Below, in pieces: positions 56,310-64,000 of a stretch of 64,000 nucleotides of DNA. How positions within the stretch are numbered: position 1 is the stretch's first letter; each line of letters opens with the position of its first letter. The translations under genes were made by a program, and so were the position numbers. The notes beneath the pieces were generated by a model, which was not told the origin of the DNA, searched no databases, and saw nothing but the letters and a program-made list of their open reading frames with translations. The stretch spans positions 40,799 through 104,798 of the forward strand of contig CAZGJD010000002.1 of the NCBI GenBank assembly GCA_964526385.1, written 5' to 3'. The DNA comes from an uncultured Candidatus Poseidoniales archaeon (lineage in GTDB: Archaea; Thermoplasmatota; Poseidoniia; Poseidoniales; Poseidoniaceae).

Positions 56310-57206
56310 TCATTCTTCCATATTTGGCAGAGACGTTTCCTCGGCCGAACCAGAATTCCAGTCATAAATTCCCTTACCAGATTTCTTCCCTAATCTACCT
56401 TCGGAAACCAACCTTTCTAGCAAAGGATGAGGTGTGTAAGAATCATCTCCAAATGATTCTTTCAGGTTAAGTAAAATGTCTCTTCTTACATCAAGACCAA
56501 CAAGGTCGGTTAGTGCCAATGGGCCCATTGGATGCTTGTATCCAAGAACCATCGCAGTATCGATATCCTTTGCGCTGGCTACACCATCTGCCAACATCCT
56601 AATGGCTTCGTTCCCAAGAACAACTCCAAGTCGAGATGTTGCGAAACCAGGAACATCTTTTACCAAAATTGTTGTTTTATTCATCAATTTACCGGCTTCT
56701 TTTGCAAATGCGATAGTTTCTTCTGAACATTCATCATGCTTCACCAATTCTAGAAGTTTCATTATTGGGACTGGATTAAAAAAATGCATGCCGATGACAT
56801 TTTGAGGACGACCTGAGGCGTTTGCGATATCCTTTATCGATAAAGAAGAGGTATTTGTCCCTAGGATACAATCATCTTTGGTCAGCTTACCTAAATCAGA
56901 GAATATCTTGTGCTTTAGATCTGGAATTTCTGGCACAGCCTCTATTACGAGGTCTACATCTGAAACGGCGTCCTCAAGAGATGATAGTGCAAACAAATTT
57001 TCGCTCCAATTCGCCTTTTGCTCTGGAGTGGTTTTTCCCCTTTCTATTCCTTTATCCCAAAATGCATGAATGGATTTAATTCCTTTTTCCAAGCCTTCTG
57101 GAAATGCGTCATAGAGATTGGTTTTCCAACCTGCTTGAGCGCAAACCTGGGCTATACCAGCACCCATAGTCCCAGCACCGATTACAGCAACTGAACTTAT
57201 TCCCAT
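56310..57206 (-). CDS. hbd: 3-hydroxyacyl/3-hydroxybutyryl-CoA dehydrogenase
   Basis: VAVIGAGTMGAGIAQV Rossmann motif and overall Hbd/FadB C-terminal-type sequence. Confidence 0.85.
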   Translation of the reverse strand: MGISSVAVIGAGTMGAGIAQVCAQAGWKTNLYDAFPEGLEKGIKSIHAFWDKGIERGKTTPEQKANWSENLFALSSLEDAVSDVDLVIEAVPEIPDLKHKIFSDLGKLTKDDCILGTNTSSLSIKDIANASGRPQNVIGMHFFNPVPIMKLLELVKHDECSEETIAFAKEAGKLMNKTTILVKDVPGFATSRLGVVLGNEAIRMLADGVASAKDIDTAMVLGYKHPMGPLALTDLVGLDVRRDILLNLKESFGDDSYTPHPLLERLVSEGRLGKKSGKGIYDWNSGSAEETSLPNMEE

Positions 57207-57214
57207 GGTGTAGC

Positions 57215-58126
57215 CTAAGCGTCACGAGTTGATGATGCTTGCTTTGACTGAGCAAGATACACACCACCTGCAATCAACAAGAAAGATATGGCTAGGGAGA
57301 AACCTAATTTCTCATCAAGTAGTATAAATCCACTGAATATTCCAAAGATAGGAACCAAATAAACGTAGAATGAGGCTCTTGCCGCACCTATTTTCTTGAT
57401 ACCGTCTGCAAACCACACATAGCTCAAAACCGTAGAGCCAATGGCTAGAAAAATTAGCCAAAACCATGCTTCAGTAGATACATTGATCTCGAATCCAACA
57501 TAAGATATCTCTACTAGAGCGACGGGAGTCTGTATTAACAAACCAATTGCACTCGTCCAAACTGTGAGATGTAGCGGAGATAATGCATTTTCACCAGACA
57601 TTAATTTCTTCATCAAAATGGTTGCACCTGCCCAAGACAGTGCGGCTAATCCAATTAGTGCATCGCCGAGTAATCTTTCGTTGTTGGGTATGTCTACATT
57701 AGGAGAATACCATCCAAGCACCGCCACACCACTAAAAGCCAACAACACACCCAAACCAAGTTGTGTGTCGAATTTCTCTCCTAGGAAAGGTATTGCAAGA
57801 AGTGCGGTGAACAACGGATTGAATGTAATCATTAGCGAAGCATCGCCCGCAGCAGTATATTTCATCCCGTACATGAAAAATGCCTGATAAACAAAAGTGG
57901 AGAGAAACCCTATCTGAGCTAAAGAATACCATTGGTCTTTACTCGGTAATTTCCAATGATTGGTGATTTTAAGAAAAGTGAGAAAACACGCAACTGCTAT
58001 GATGTATCTAATCCATCCCGCAGTAAATGGAGGTATCTCTTGTGCTACTACTCTTCCAGCAACCCAACCTATGCCCCAGATAAAGGCCACGAGCAATAAC
58101 TTGCCGTGGACTGAGGCGTTTTGCAT
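57215..58126 (-). CDS. DMT superfamily (EamA-like) transporter
   Basis: Ten hydrophobic helices arranged as two EamA-like halves. Confidence 0.7.
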   Translation of the reverse strand: MQNASVHGKLLLVAFIWGIGWVAGRVVAQEIPPFTAGWIRYIIAVACFLTFLKITNHWKLPSKDQWYSLAQIGFLSTFVYQAFFMYGMKYTAAGDASLMITFNPLFTALLAIPFLGEKFDTQLGLGVLLAFSGVAVLGWYSPNVDIPNNERLLGDALIGLAALSWAGATILMKKLMSGENALSPLHLTVWTSAIGLLIQTPVALVEISYVGFEINVSTEAWFWLIFLAIGSTVLSYVWFADGIKKIGAARASFYVYLVPIFGIFSGFILLDEKLGFSLAISFLLIAGGVYLAQSKQASSTRDA

Positions 58127-58659
58127 TAAAATCGCTCCAAACCTAACTGAAGAATTCTTGCCCTTGGCAAACCGATTTCTGGCATTCCGTCAGCAGGTGC
58201 GTGGATTTTGAGTCCTTCCAATCGTTGGACATAAAGCCCGTAGGATGCAATGTCTTCTGGCCTGTATGGTGTGGGCAAACCAAGTTTTGCAAGCCCTTCA
58301 CAGGCTTTTTCAGAGTAAATCGGGTACACGTTTGTCTCAAAATGCATCCAAATTGAAACTCTCTTACAATCGATATTTTCCAGAGTCAATAAGTGCTCTA
58401 AAAGGCCAACATCCGGATACTTGATTGTCTGAATAGCCATATCGACCTCCATTGCTATTTCTTCTTGCCAAGCGAACGGAGTATGATTTGCCCAGGTATC
58501 GGATAGTCCAATGTGCTCGATAACATCGTCTCCGGTAATCGAAAACAATGTTTCCTGATAGGGCCTATCCTCATAGGCATCGCTAACCAAACCTGGCAGG
58601 GCTGAATAAAACTCCTGTAATCGAGCCTCTTCTGCCCCATAAAGAGAGACAGGAATCAA
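58126..58659 (-). CDS. Hypothetical soluble protein co-transcribed with the diiron oxygenase
   Basis: 177-aa ORF. The stop/start overlaps the transporter gene, and it lies 9 nt downstream of the oxygenase gene. No motif recognised. Confidence 0.4.
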   Translation of the reverse strand: MIPVSLYGAEEARLQEFYSALPGLVSDAYEDRPYQETLFSITGDDVIEHIGLSDTWANHTPFAWQEEIAMEVDMAIQTIKYPDVGLLEHLLTLENIDCKRVSIWMHFETNVYPIYSEKACEGLAKLGLPTPYRPEDIASYGLYVQRLEGLKIHAPADGMPEIGLPRARILQLGLERF

Positions 58660-58668
58660 GTTCCCACC

Positions 58669-59832
58669 TCAAGCAGTTGCGCCGATTCCGCTAGCAAGTT
58701 GGCGAGGAGTCAACGGTTTGTCTTCAATCCACTGTTGCTTGAAAATCTCTTTGAGCGCCTCTTCATCTTCAGGAGTAGGTAGAACCGTTTGCAAGTATGC
58801 TTGATATTCTTCATCGCTACCTTCGAATTCCGTACCGTCTGTGTAGCACTTCTTTCCAGCGAATGCCCCGATATCTCTGTTAAAGTTCTCGTGGGCGACG
58901 AAAAGTTTGACTCCGCAATCTTCTGGCAGATATCCGTTCAGCTTCTCAACCTCACGAACGATTTCATCGTGATAGTGACCACGGCTCTCTTCGTTTAGTA
59001 CCTGTTTGTCAACATCAATTCCGCCTTCGAGTTTCTTCCTTTCATCCCAGCGACCTTTCACTCCCCAGACGTATGCCCAGTGTGCAGAGGTTGATGAGTC
59101 AGTTCCGAACAAGTCGTGTGCTGTTGCTACCCACTTGTTCATGTATCTTTGAAGCATGTCGAGGGGAATTACTCCTGCCTTGATTATTCTTCTGAGTCCG
59201 TTTGATCCGGTACCAAGGTGGAATGATTCTTCCTTGAGCATAGGACCCATTGATGCAGCCAATGGCTTGAAAGCGGAGGTTGATAACATACCAAGTTGGA
59301 ATTTACCATCTCTGTCAACGAACATTGTGTAACAAAAGAAATCCAGCCAGTGTGGCATTGGCCTGTTGAATGCACCAAGTAGCCTGTCACCATCTTGTGC
59401 ATTTCTTTCGAGTAACTTCTGTGCTTCTCTTCTTCCCTGCTGTCCAAAGTAGGTCATCAATAGGTAAGCCATTTGCCAACCGTGTCTCTGCTCTTCAGCC
59501 ATAATTCTTGCAGCAGCATATCTATCATAATCAGTAGGAGCGCTTGCAAGAAGGTGTCTCTGCTGTTCAACGGAAGCAAATTCGGTATCGCCCTGCACAG
59601 TAATCATTGAGATTAGTGCATCTCTGATGTTTTGATGAGGGACCTGTAATGCTCTTTCCCACTTTGTCCGACCTGAATAGTCGCCAAATTCAATCACGTC
59701 ACCAGCTCTGTCCCAATCGAACAATATTGAAAGGTCAAAATCGCCGAGCCATTCTCTATCGAAACCGACTCTGTCTTGCCAATCTTCGAAGTTTGAAATC
59801 CATTCTTCCCATGTTTTAGGTAGTTCGCCCAT
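58669..59832 (-). CDS. Ferritin-like diiron oxygenase of the PaaA/BoxB family (benzoyl-CoA or phenylacetyl-CoA epoxidase subunit-like)
   Basis: Two E-x-x-H diiron motifs (MAEEQRHGW, LKEESFHLG). The segments VQGDTEFASVEQQRHL and FVDRDGKFQL look to me like BoxB-type sequences, from memory and not searched. Confidence 0.55.
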   Translation of the reverse strand: MGELPKTWEEWISNFEDWQDRVGFDREWLGDFDLSILFDWDRAGDVIEFGDYSGRTKWERALQVPHQNIRDALISMITVQGDTEFASVEQQRHLLASAPTDYDRYAAARIMAEEQRHGWQMAYLLMTYFGQQGRREAQKLLERNAQDGDRLLGAFNRPMPHWLDFFCYTMFVDRDGKFQLGMLSTSAFKPLAASMGPMLKEESFHLGTGSNGLRRIIKAGVIPLDMLQRYMNKWVATAHDLFGTDSSTSAHWAYVWGVKGRWDERKKLEGGIDVDKQVLNEESRGHYHDEIVREVEKLNGYLPEDCGVKLFVAHENFNRDIGAFAGKKCYTDGTEFEGSDEEYQAYLQTVLPTPEDEEALKEIFKQQWIEDKPLTPRQLASGIGATA

Positions 59833-59867
59833 GATTACCGCATGGATAACTACCTAATGTAAAATTT

Positions 59868-59892
59868 GCGAACATGTTCGCACGAACATGTT
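59868..59892 (-). promoter_or_regulatory. Perfect 14-bp palindrome GCGAACATGTTCGC plus an adjacent CGAACATGTT repeat; candidate operator abutting a TATA-like box
   Basis: The palindrome spans 59868-59881, and CGAACATGTT repeats at 59883-59892. In gene orientation it sits at about -49 to -36 from the oxygenase ATG, directly upstream of AAATTTTA. Confidence 0.5.
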
Positions 59893-60511
59893 AGGAGTTC
59901 TTCCTCACATCATCCGAAAATGTGTTGATTATAGTGCCCTCTATTTTGTGAAGATGTACGGATAGTGTTGATTTACTTATATCGAGTAATTCGGCCAACG
60001 CACTAAGTGTTATCCTTCGTGGAGTATCCCAATATCCTTCATTTATCGCAGTGTCAAAAATAATCCTCTGTCTTGAGGTAAGCATTCGAGAACCACTTGA
60101 TCTTGTTGAAACAACTCTGTAAGGGACGTCGCCTTCGCGAAGTAGATTTATCAATTCTCTACTCTTTTCAGCGGAACACTCGATAGTCCAGTCGACCCAA
60201 CCATCCCTTACTTCGAAAGGAGACTGAGGAATAACTCCAACTTCACGAATCGGTTTGATATAACCTCCCCCACCAGGAGCAATGTCTACTTCGAAGCGGT
60301 TGCCACCTAATTCTCTGACCTCATCTACGCCTGAATGTGCTTCCAATTCGTCCGCTAAATTTGAGGTTGTGGAAAACCTAGCGGTACCTCTCCCTCTACC
60401 CAGTGGCATAGTTTCTTCGATTCGCAATACTGCTTCAGGCCTAGATCTTGAAACATCTCCAGACCAGTGTCCTTCTGGAAGTCGAACCTCGATCCTTATT
60501 TGGTTTACCAT
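59891..60511 (-). CDS. HTH_10 (bacterio-opsin activator-type) transcriptional regulator
   Basis: C-terminal LTSRQRIIFDTAINEGYWDTPRRITLSALAELLDISKSTLSVHLHKIE. The ATG at 60511 avoids overlap with glpX; the longest ORF starts at 60565. Confidence 0.7.
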   Translation of the reverse strand: MVNQIRIEVRLPEGHWSGDVSRSRPEAVLRIEETMPLGRGRGTARFSTTSNLADELEAHSGVDEVRELGGNRFEVDIAPGGGGYIKPIREVGVIPQSPFEVRDGWVDWTIECSAEKSRELINLLREGDVPYRVVSTRSSGSRMLTSRQRIIFDTAINEGYWDTPRRITLSALAELLDISKSTLSVHLHKIEGTIINTFSDDVRKNS

Positions 60512-60515
60512 AGTA

Positions 60516-61469
60516 TCACAATGGGTGTATCTTGTCGTGTCTTGAAACTGTGCCTGCTTGGACATCGATTAATTCGGCGAAGGTCTTGATAGAATCCTCT
60601 CCGATTACAACTCCCGGCAAATAGCCATCACAAACACCCGACGCTGCAAAAATTGCATCGTCGCTTCTGCACAAATCCTTTGCATCCCAAAGTCTTGTTA
60701 AATCATCGTTTACCATCTTCGCGGCTCTCTTTTCCTCTTCATCGGACCTGAAGACTAGACGGCCTTCGAATACTCCTCCGATGCCACGTATTGCCGCTGC
60801 CGTAATTACGCCTTCAGGAGCAGCGCCAATTCCTAACAACATATCGTACGGACCTTCTGGCCTGGCAGCCCATAATGCTGCGGAAACGTCTCCATCACCC
60901 ATTAGGTGAAGTTGAGCGCCTGCCTCCCTTACCTCTTTGAAAAGCTGGGCGTGCCTCTCTCTATCGAGTGCTACAACTCTGACTTCTGAAATCGGCTTGT
61001 CCAAGACCTCGGACGCTTGTTCAAGGTTGTATGCGACTCCACCGTCTAGACTAACATGGCCTGCTAATTCTGGGCCTGTAGCGATTTTATCCATGTAACA
61101 ATCAGGAGCATGAAGGAGAGTCCCCCTTGGAGCAGCAGCTAATACTGCAATTGAATTTGGTGAATTACTTGCACAATTATTTGTGCATTCTAGTGGATCT
61201 ACTGCTATATCTATCTGTAATGCTGATTCGACCCCGACTTGGTTTCCAAGTTCTTCGCCAATAAACAGCATAGGAGCCTCGTCACGCTCGCCCTCGCCAA
61301 TAGCAACCCGTCCATCAAATGGAACTTTATCGAATGTTTTTCGCATAGCTTCTACAGCTGCAGCATCAGCGGCATTTTTGTCGCCTTTACCACGCCAGTA
61401 TGCGCTTGCTATGGCCGCTTGGTCTACCGCTTCTAAGAAGTGATGTGCTAACTCTGCAGTTCTCGCCAT
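60516..61469 (-). CDS. glpX: Class II fructose-1,6-bisphosphatase (GlpX type)
   Basis: N-terminal MARTAELAHHFLEAVDQAAIASAYWRGKGDKNAADAAAVEAMR and GEGERDEAPMLFIGE parallel E. coli GlpX. The ATG at 61469 is preferred over the GTG at 61511. Confidence 0.85.
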   Translation of the reverse strand: MARTAELAHHFLEAVDQAAIASAYWRGKGDKNAADAAAVEAMRKTFDKVPFDGRVAIGEGERDEAPMLFIGEELGNQVGVESALQIDIAVDPLECTNNCASNSPNSIAVLAAAPRGTLLHAPDCYMDKIATGPELAGHVSLDGGVAYNLEQASEVLDKPISEVRVVALDRERHAQLFKEVREAGAQLHLMGDGDVSAALWAARPEGPYDMLLGIGAAPEGVITAAAIRGIGGVFEGRLVFRSDEEEKRAAKMVNDDLTRLWDAKDLCRSDDAIFAASGVCDGYLPGVVIGEDSIKTFAELIDVQAGTVSRHDKIHPL

Positions 61470-61507
61470 ATTTGTTCCCACCTGCTTTAACTCAATAATA
61501 ACACAGG

Positions 61508-61957
61508 TCACTGACCCTTGAATTTTTGAACGACTTTAATATCCGAAATTGTGGTTTCAGGATACTGGCCCTGTTCGTCTTTTTCAAACGATTTGACCAT
61601 ATCTAAAGCGCAAAGCAAACCAGCGCTAACACCAGTTAATGCTTCCATTTCAATTCCGGTTTTGTAATTCGCTTTGACTTCCACTGTACAGCGTAAGTCA
61701 TTGCCTTCCCATGACCAATCTACTTTGCAAGATTCCAACGGAATAGGGTGGCAATGCGGGATTATTCTTGGCGTTTCTTTTACTGCCTGAATCGCCGCTA
61801 TTGTCGAAGCCTCAATCACGTTTCCTTTCTTAACATTATCATCGACTATCGCTTTTTTTGATTTGTCATTCAAGGTGACTATTCCGGTTGCAGACGCAAT
61901 TCGCTCGACAACCGGTTTTTCGCTGATATCTACTACTCCCTGTATGCTTTTTTCCAT
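61508..61957 (-). CDS. moaC: Cyclic pyranopterin monophosphate synthase
   Basis: MoaC-like sequence (IPHCHPIPL, GIEMEALTGVSAGLLCALDMVK). The ATG at 61957 is preferred. Confidence 0.85.
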   Translation of the reverse strand: MEKSIQGVVDISEKPVVERIASATGIVTLNDKSKKAIVDDNVKKGNVIEASTIAAIQAVKETPRIIPHCHPIPLESCKVDWSWEGNDLRCTVEVKANYKTGIEMEALTGVSAGLLCALDMVKSFEKDEQGQYPETTISDIKVVQKFKGQ

Positions 61958-61961
61958 ATTA

Positions 61962-62399
61962 TCAACCCAATCCTGCTTTCCATTCTGTACCGCTTGCACG
62001 CACTTCTTTTTTCCACAGTGGTGCTTGTTGCTTTAATTCGTCGATAAGCCAAGAACATCCTTCAAATGCTTCTTTCCTATGCGGGCTTGCTACGTGGATT
62101 GCGACTATATTTTCTCCAGGTCCAACCGACCCAATTCTGTGAGCCATTGCTACTGAGTGAATTGAGAATTTTTCAATTGCAGATTCGGCTAATCCGTAAA
62201 GGGTTGCACTCAGTTTCTCTTGCCAAGCATCAAATTCCAACCTAAAAACTTCGTCGTCGCCTTCCATTCCTCTGGTTATTCCGAGAAACGATACGATAGC
62301 GCCACAGTTTTCTGTATCCAATTCGTTCCTTAGAGCATCAACATCTAGGTTTTCAATCGCTTCCTTGATGATGATTTTGCCCTCCATGTAGTAGCGCAC
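61962..62399 (-). CDS. moaE: Molybdopterin synthase catalytic subunit
   Basis: GAIVSFLGITR, HRIGSVGPGENIV, SPHRKEAFEGCSWLIDELKQQAPLWKKE. Confidence 0.85.
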   Translation of the reverse strand: MRYYMEGKIIIKEAIENLDVDALRNELDTENCGAIVSFLGITRGMEGDDEVFRLEFDAWQEKLSATLYGLAESAIEKFSIHSVAMAHRIGSVGPGENIVAIHVASPHRKEAFEGCSWLIDELKQQAPLWKKEVRASGTEWKAGLG

Positions 62400-62441
62400 A
62401 AGTTCCGCATCCTTGAAACCATCTTTGCCTGTGTGTGAATC

Positions 62442-63674
62442 ATGGCCGAGGTGGGTCCGGTGAAAATTAAGGGCGCAGGCCTGTCCGGATTAGCCACTGC
62501 TACCATACTCGCACGAGCAGGAGTTGAAGTTCACGTCCACGACGTCAGAGAAGATTCTGGTAAGCGTTTTGATGGGGATTTTCAAGCACTTGAAAATTGG
62601 TCGATGGATGCAGATTTTTTCGACCAGTTACGCGAATGGGGATTCGACCCTGATGAATTCAAATATACGGAATTTAATGAGGTGGATTTAATTCATCCAG
62701 ATGATGAAATATCCAAGACATTCTCACCAAAAGTAGCATACAGGATTGTAGAGAGAGGGACTTCTGAACACACAATCGACCAGGGTTTCAAACGAATGGC
62801 AATCGCAGCTGGAGCAAAATTACACTACAAAAGTCGGGTGAAAGAAGAAGATTGTCAGATTATTGCTTGCGGGCCCAAGGGAACTTCAGCGGTTGCCTAC
62901 GGTGAAATTTTCAAAACTAAACATCCTAACCATATCGCTTTTCAGTTGAATGACAAATTAGCACCAGGGGCATATTCATATCTAATTATCATAGATGGAG
63001 TCGGTTTGATTTGTACCTGCTTGTGGAGAAAACAAAAAGGTACAGATCGATTCCTCAATGAAACAATAGCTTGGTATCAGGAACATTATCCAGACATCGA
63101 TATGGAACCTATCAAGAGAGTTGGCGGAAAAGGTGACTTTACAATCAACAAGAGATACTTCCAAGACGATAGATACTACGTTGGAGAGTCAGGTGGACTT
63201 CAGGACTTCATGTGGGGATTTGGAATGCGGATGGCAGTTTGGTCTGGCTATCTTGCTGCTCAAGACATATTGGGCAAATGTAACTATGAAAAAGAGGTTA
63301 GAAAGCAACTAATGCCGTATGTCAGAACCTCTGTCGCAAACAGGTTCTTGATGAATCGAGTTGGAGACAAGACCTTCAAATTCATGTGTAAATCGTGGAT
63401 GAAAGACCAACATAAAAGACAAGATGGTTTGGTTTGGATTGGAAAGTTGTTCCGTCCTAAGTTTTACAAAACGGCGATTTACTATCTCATCAATCCATTC
63501 ATTTTGAAGAAAGACCCCAAGGCTCACGGCCGAGGTGTTCGACGACTACCGTTTAGAAAAGCGCTCAAAAGAGACATCTGGACCCAGTCTGAAGAGGCTT
63601 CGAAAATTGCTGAAAGGTGGGATTCAATACGTAGAGGTGGCGGTACGACATCATTCTCTGAAAACAGCGATTGA
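62442..63674 (+). CDS. FAD-dependent oxidoreductase, geranylgeranyl reductase-like
   Basis: N-terminal dinucleotide-binding motif IKGAGLSGLATATILARAG. The ~400 aa size fits. The specific substrate is not inferable. Confidence 0.5.
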   Translation: MAEVGPVKIKGAGLSGLATATILARAGVEVHVHDVREDSGKRFDGDFQALENWSMDADFFDQLREWGFDPDEFKYTEFNEVDLIHPDDEISKTFSPKVAYRIVERGTSEHTIDQGFKRMAIAAGAKLHYKSRVKEEDCQIIACGPKGTSAVAYGEIFKTKHPNHIAFQLNDKLAPGAYSYLIIIDGVGLICTCLWRKQKGTDRFLNETIAWYQEHYPDIDMEPIKRVGGKGDFTINKRYFQDDRYYVGESGGLQDFMWGFGMRMAVWSGYLAAQDILGKCNYEKEVRKQLMPYVRTSVANRFLMNRVGDKTFKFMCKSWMKDQHKRQDGLVWIGKLFRPKFYKTAIYYLINPFILKKDPKAHGRGVRRLPFRKALKRDIWTQSEEASKIAERWDSIRRGGGTTSFSENSD

Positions 63675-63703
63675 CTCATTAAGCGAATCTGTTTGGCAGG
63701 TGT

Positions 63704-64000
63704 ATGAGCGACCTTTACGGATTAAAACTCGAACCATTGACAAACCGCCTAGTTAACTACGGTACAACAGATAACGGTATCGCAGTCATTGAATTAGCAT
63801 CTGATTCAGCAGGTGCGCCCCTCGAAGGAGATGCAATGGGCCCTAACACGTACACACACGGTATGATGAGAGATATCGATGAAGCAATTATCAAAGCAAG
63901 ATTCGACGATGATGTAACCGTGATTGTAATAACAGGAAACGGGTCGAAATTTTTCTCTGCGGGTGCATCAATTCAAATGCTAAACAGCGTTTCCCCCGGA
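63704..64000 (+). CDS. Enoyl-CoA hydratase/isomerase (crotonase) family protein, 5' fragment running off the window
   Basis: ATG at 63704. VIVITGNGSKFFSAGASIQML matches the crotonase oxyanion-hole region. The frame is open to the window end, and the ORF is not in the supplied track. Confidence 0.65.
   Translation, partial: MSDLYGLKLEPLTNRLVNYGTTDNGIAVIELASDSAGAPLEGDAMGPNTYTHGMMRDIDEAIIKARFDDDVTVIVITGNGSKFFSAGASIQMLNSVSPG

Noticed and set aside
1-64000. Looked for CRISPR arrays, rRNA, tRNA, transposase/integrase genes, toxin-antitoxin pairs and classic defence-system hallmarks (restriction-modification, Cas, nucleases paired with ATPases).
   Set aside because: I saw no regularly spaced direct repeats, no recognisable mobile-element or defence proteins, and no intergenic region that folds into a tRNA. 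The methyltransferase at 45542 has RNA-methylase (METTL5-like) features and no partnering endonuclease.

Overview
The window is densely packed with about 54 protein-coding genes. I recognised no rRNA, tRNA, CRISPR array, transposase or integrase. The gene content is archaeal: TATA-binding protein, Nmd3, exosome Csl4, SepF, mevalonate kinase, HMG-CoA synthase and a geranylgeranyl-reductase-like flavoprotein. Many bacterial-type metabolic genes are also present: GlpX, SMUG1-type UDG, CcmC, CysDNC, acyl-CoA ligase, Hbd and crotonase. Several very large secreted or membrane-anchored hydrolases and adhesin-like proteins add to this. By inference only, that mix fits a marine planktonic heterotrophic euryarchaeote of the Marine Group II / Poseidoniales type.

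The observations I rank highest for follow-up are:
1. A Csl4 exosome-cap protein fused to two canonical RRM domains.
2. Two tandem giant paralogous surface proteins whose cytoplasmic tails share an LPxGWTxEQWxYYGxQY motif. A SepF-like gene with a WW-like LPPNW...PDG segment follows them, next to Maf and a KaiC-like ATPase.
3. A rhomboid protease directly upstream of a 1603-aa membrane-anchored subtilisin. Both have cytoplasmic Cys-rich or zinc-ribbon tails, and a GC-rich hairpin abuts the subtilisin start codon.
4. A TBP with an insertion of about 73 aa in its second repeat.
5. A BoxB/PaaA-type diiron oxygenase operon preceded by a perfect 14-bp palindrome and a Bat-type HTH regulator.
6. A partial System I cytochrome c maturation cluster that includes an unlisted 49-codon CcmD-like ORF.
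7. A two-gene orphan islet bounded by long non-coding gaps and by paired CCAATTGG hairpin elements.

All functional calls rest on motifs read by eye. No database search was run.
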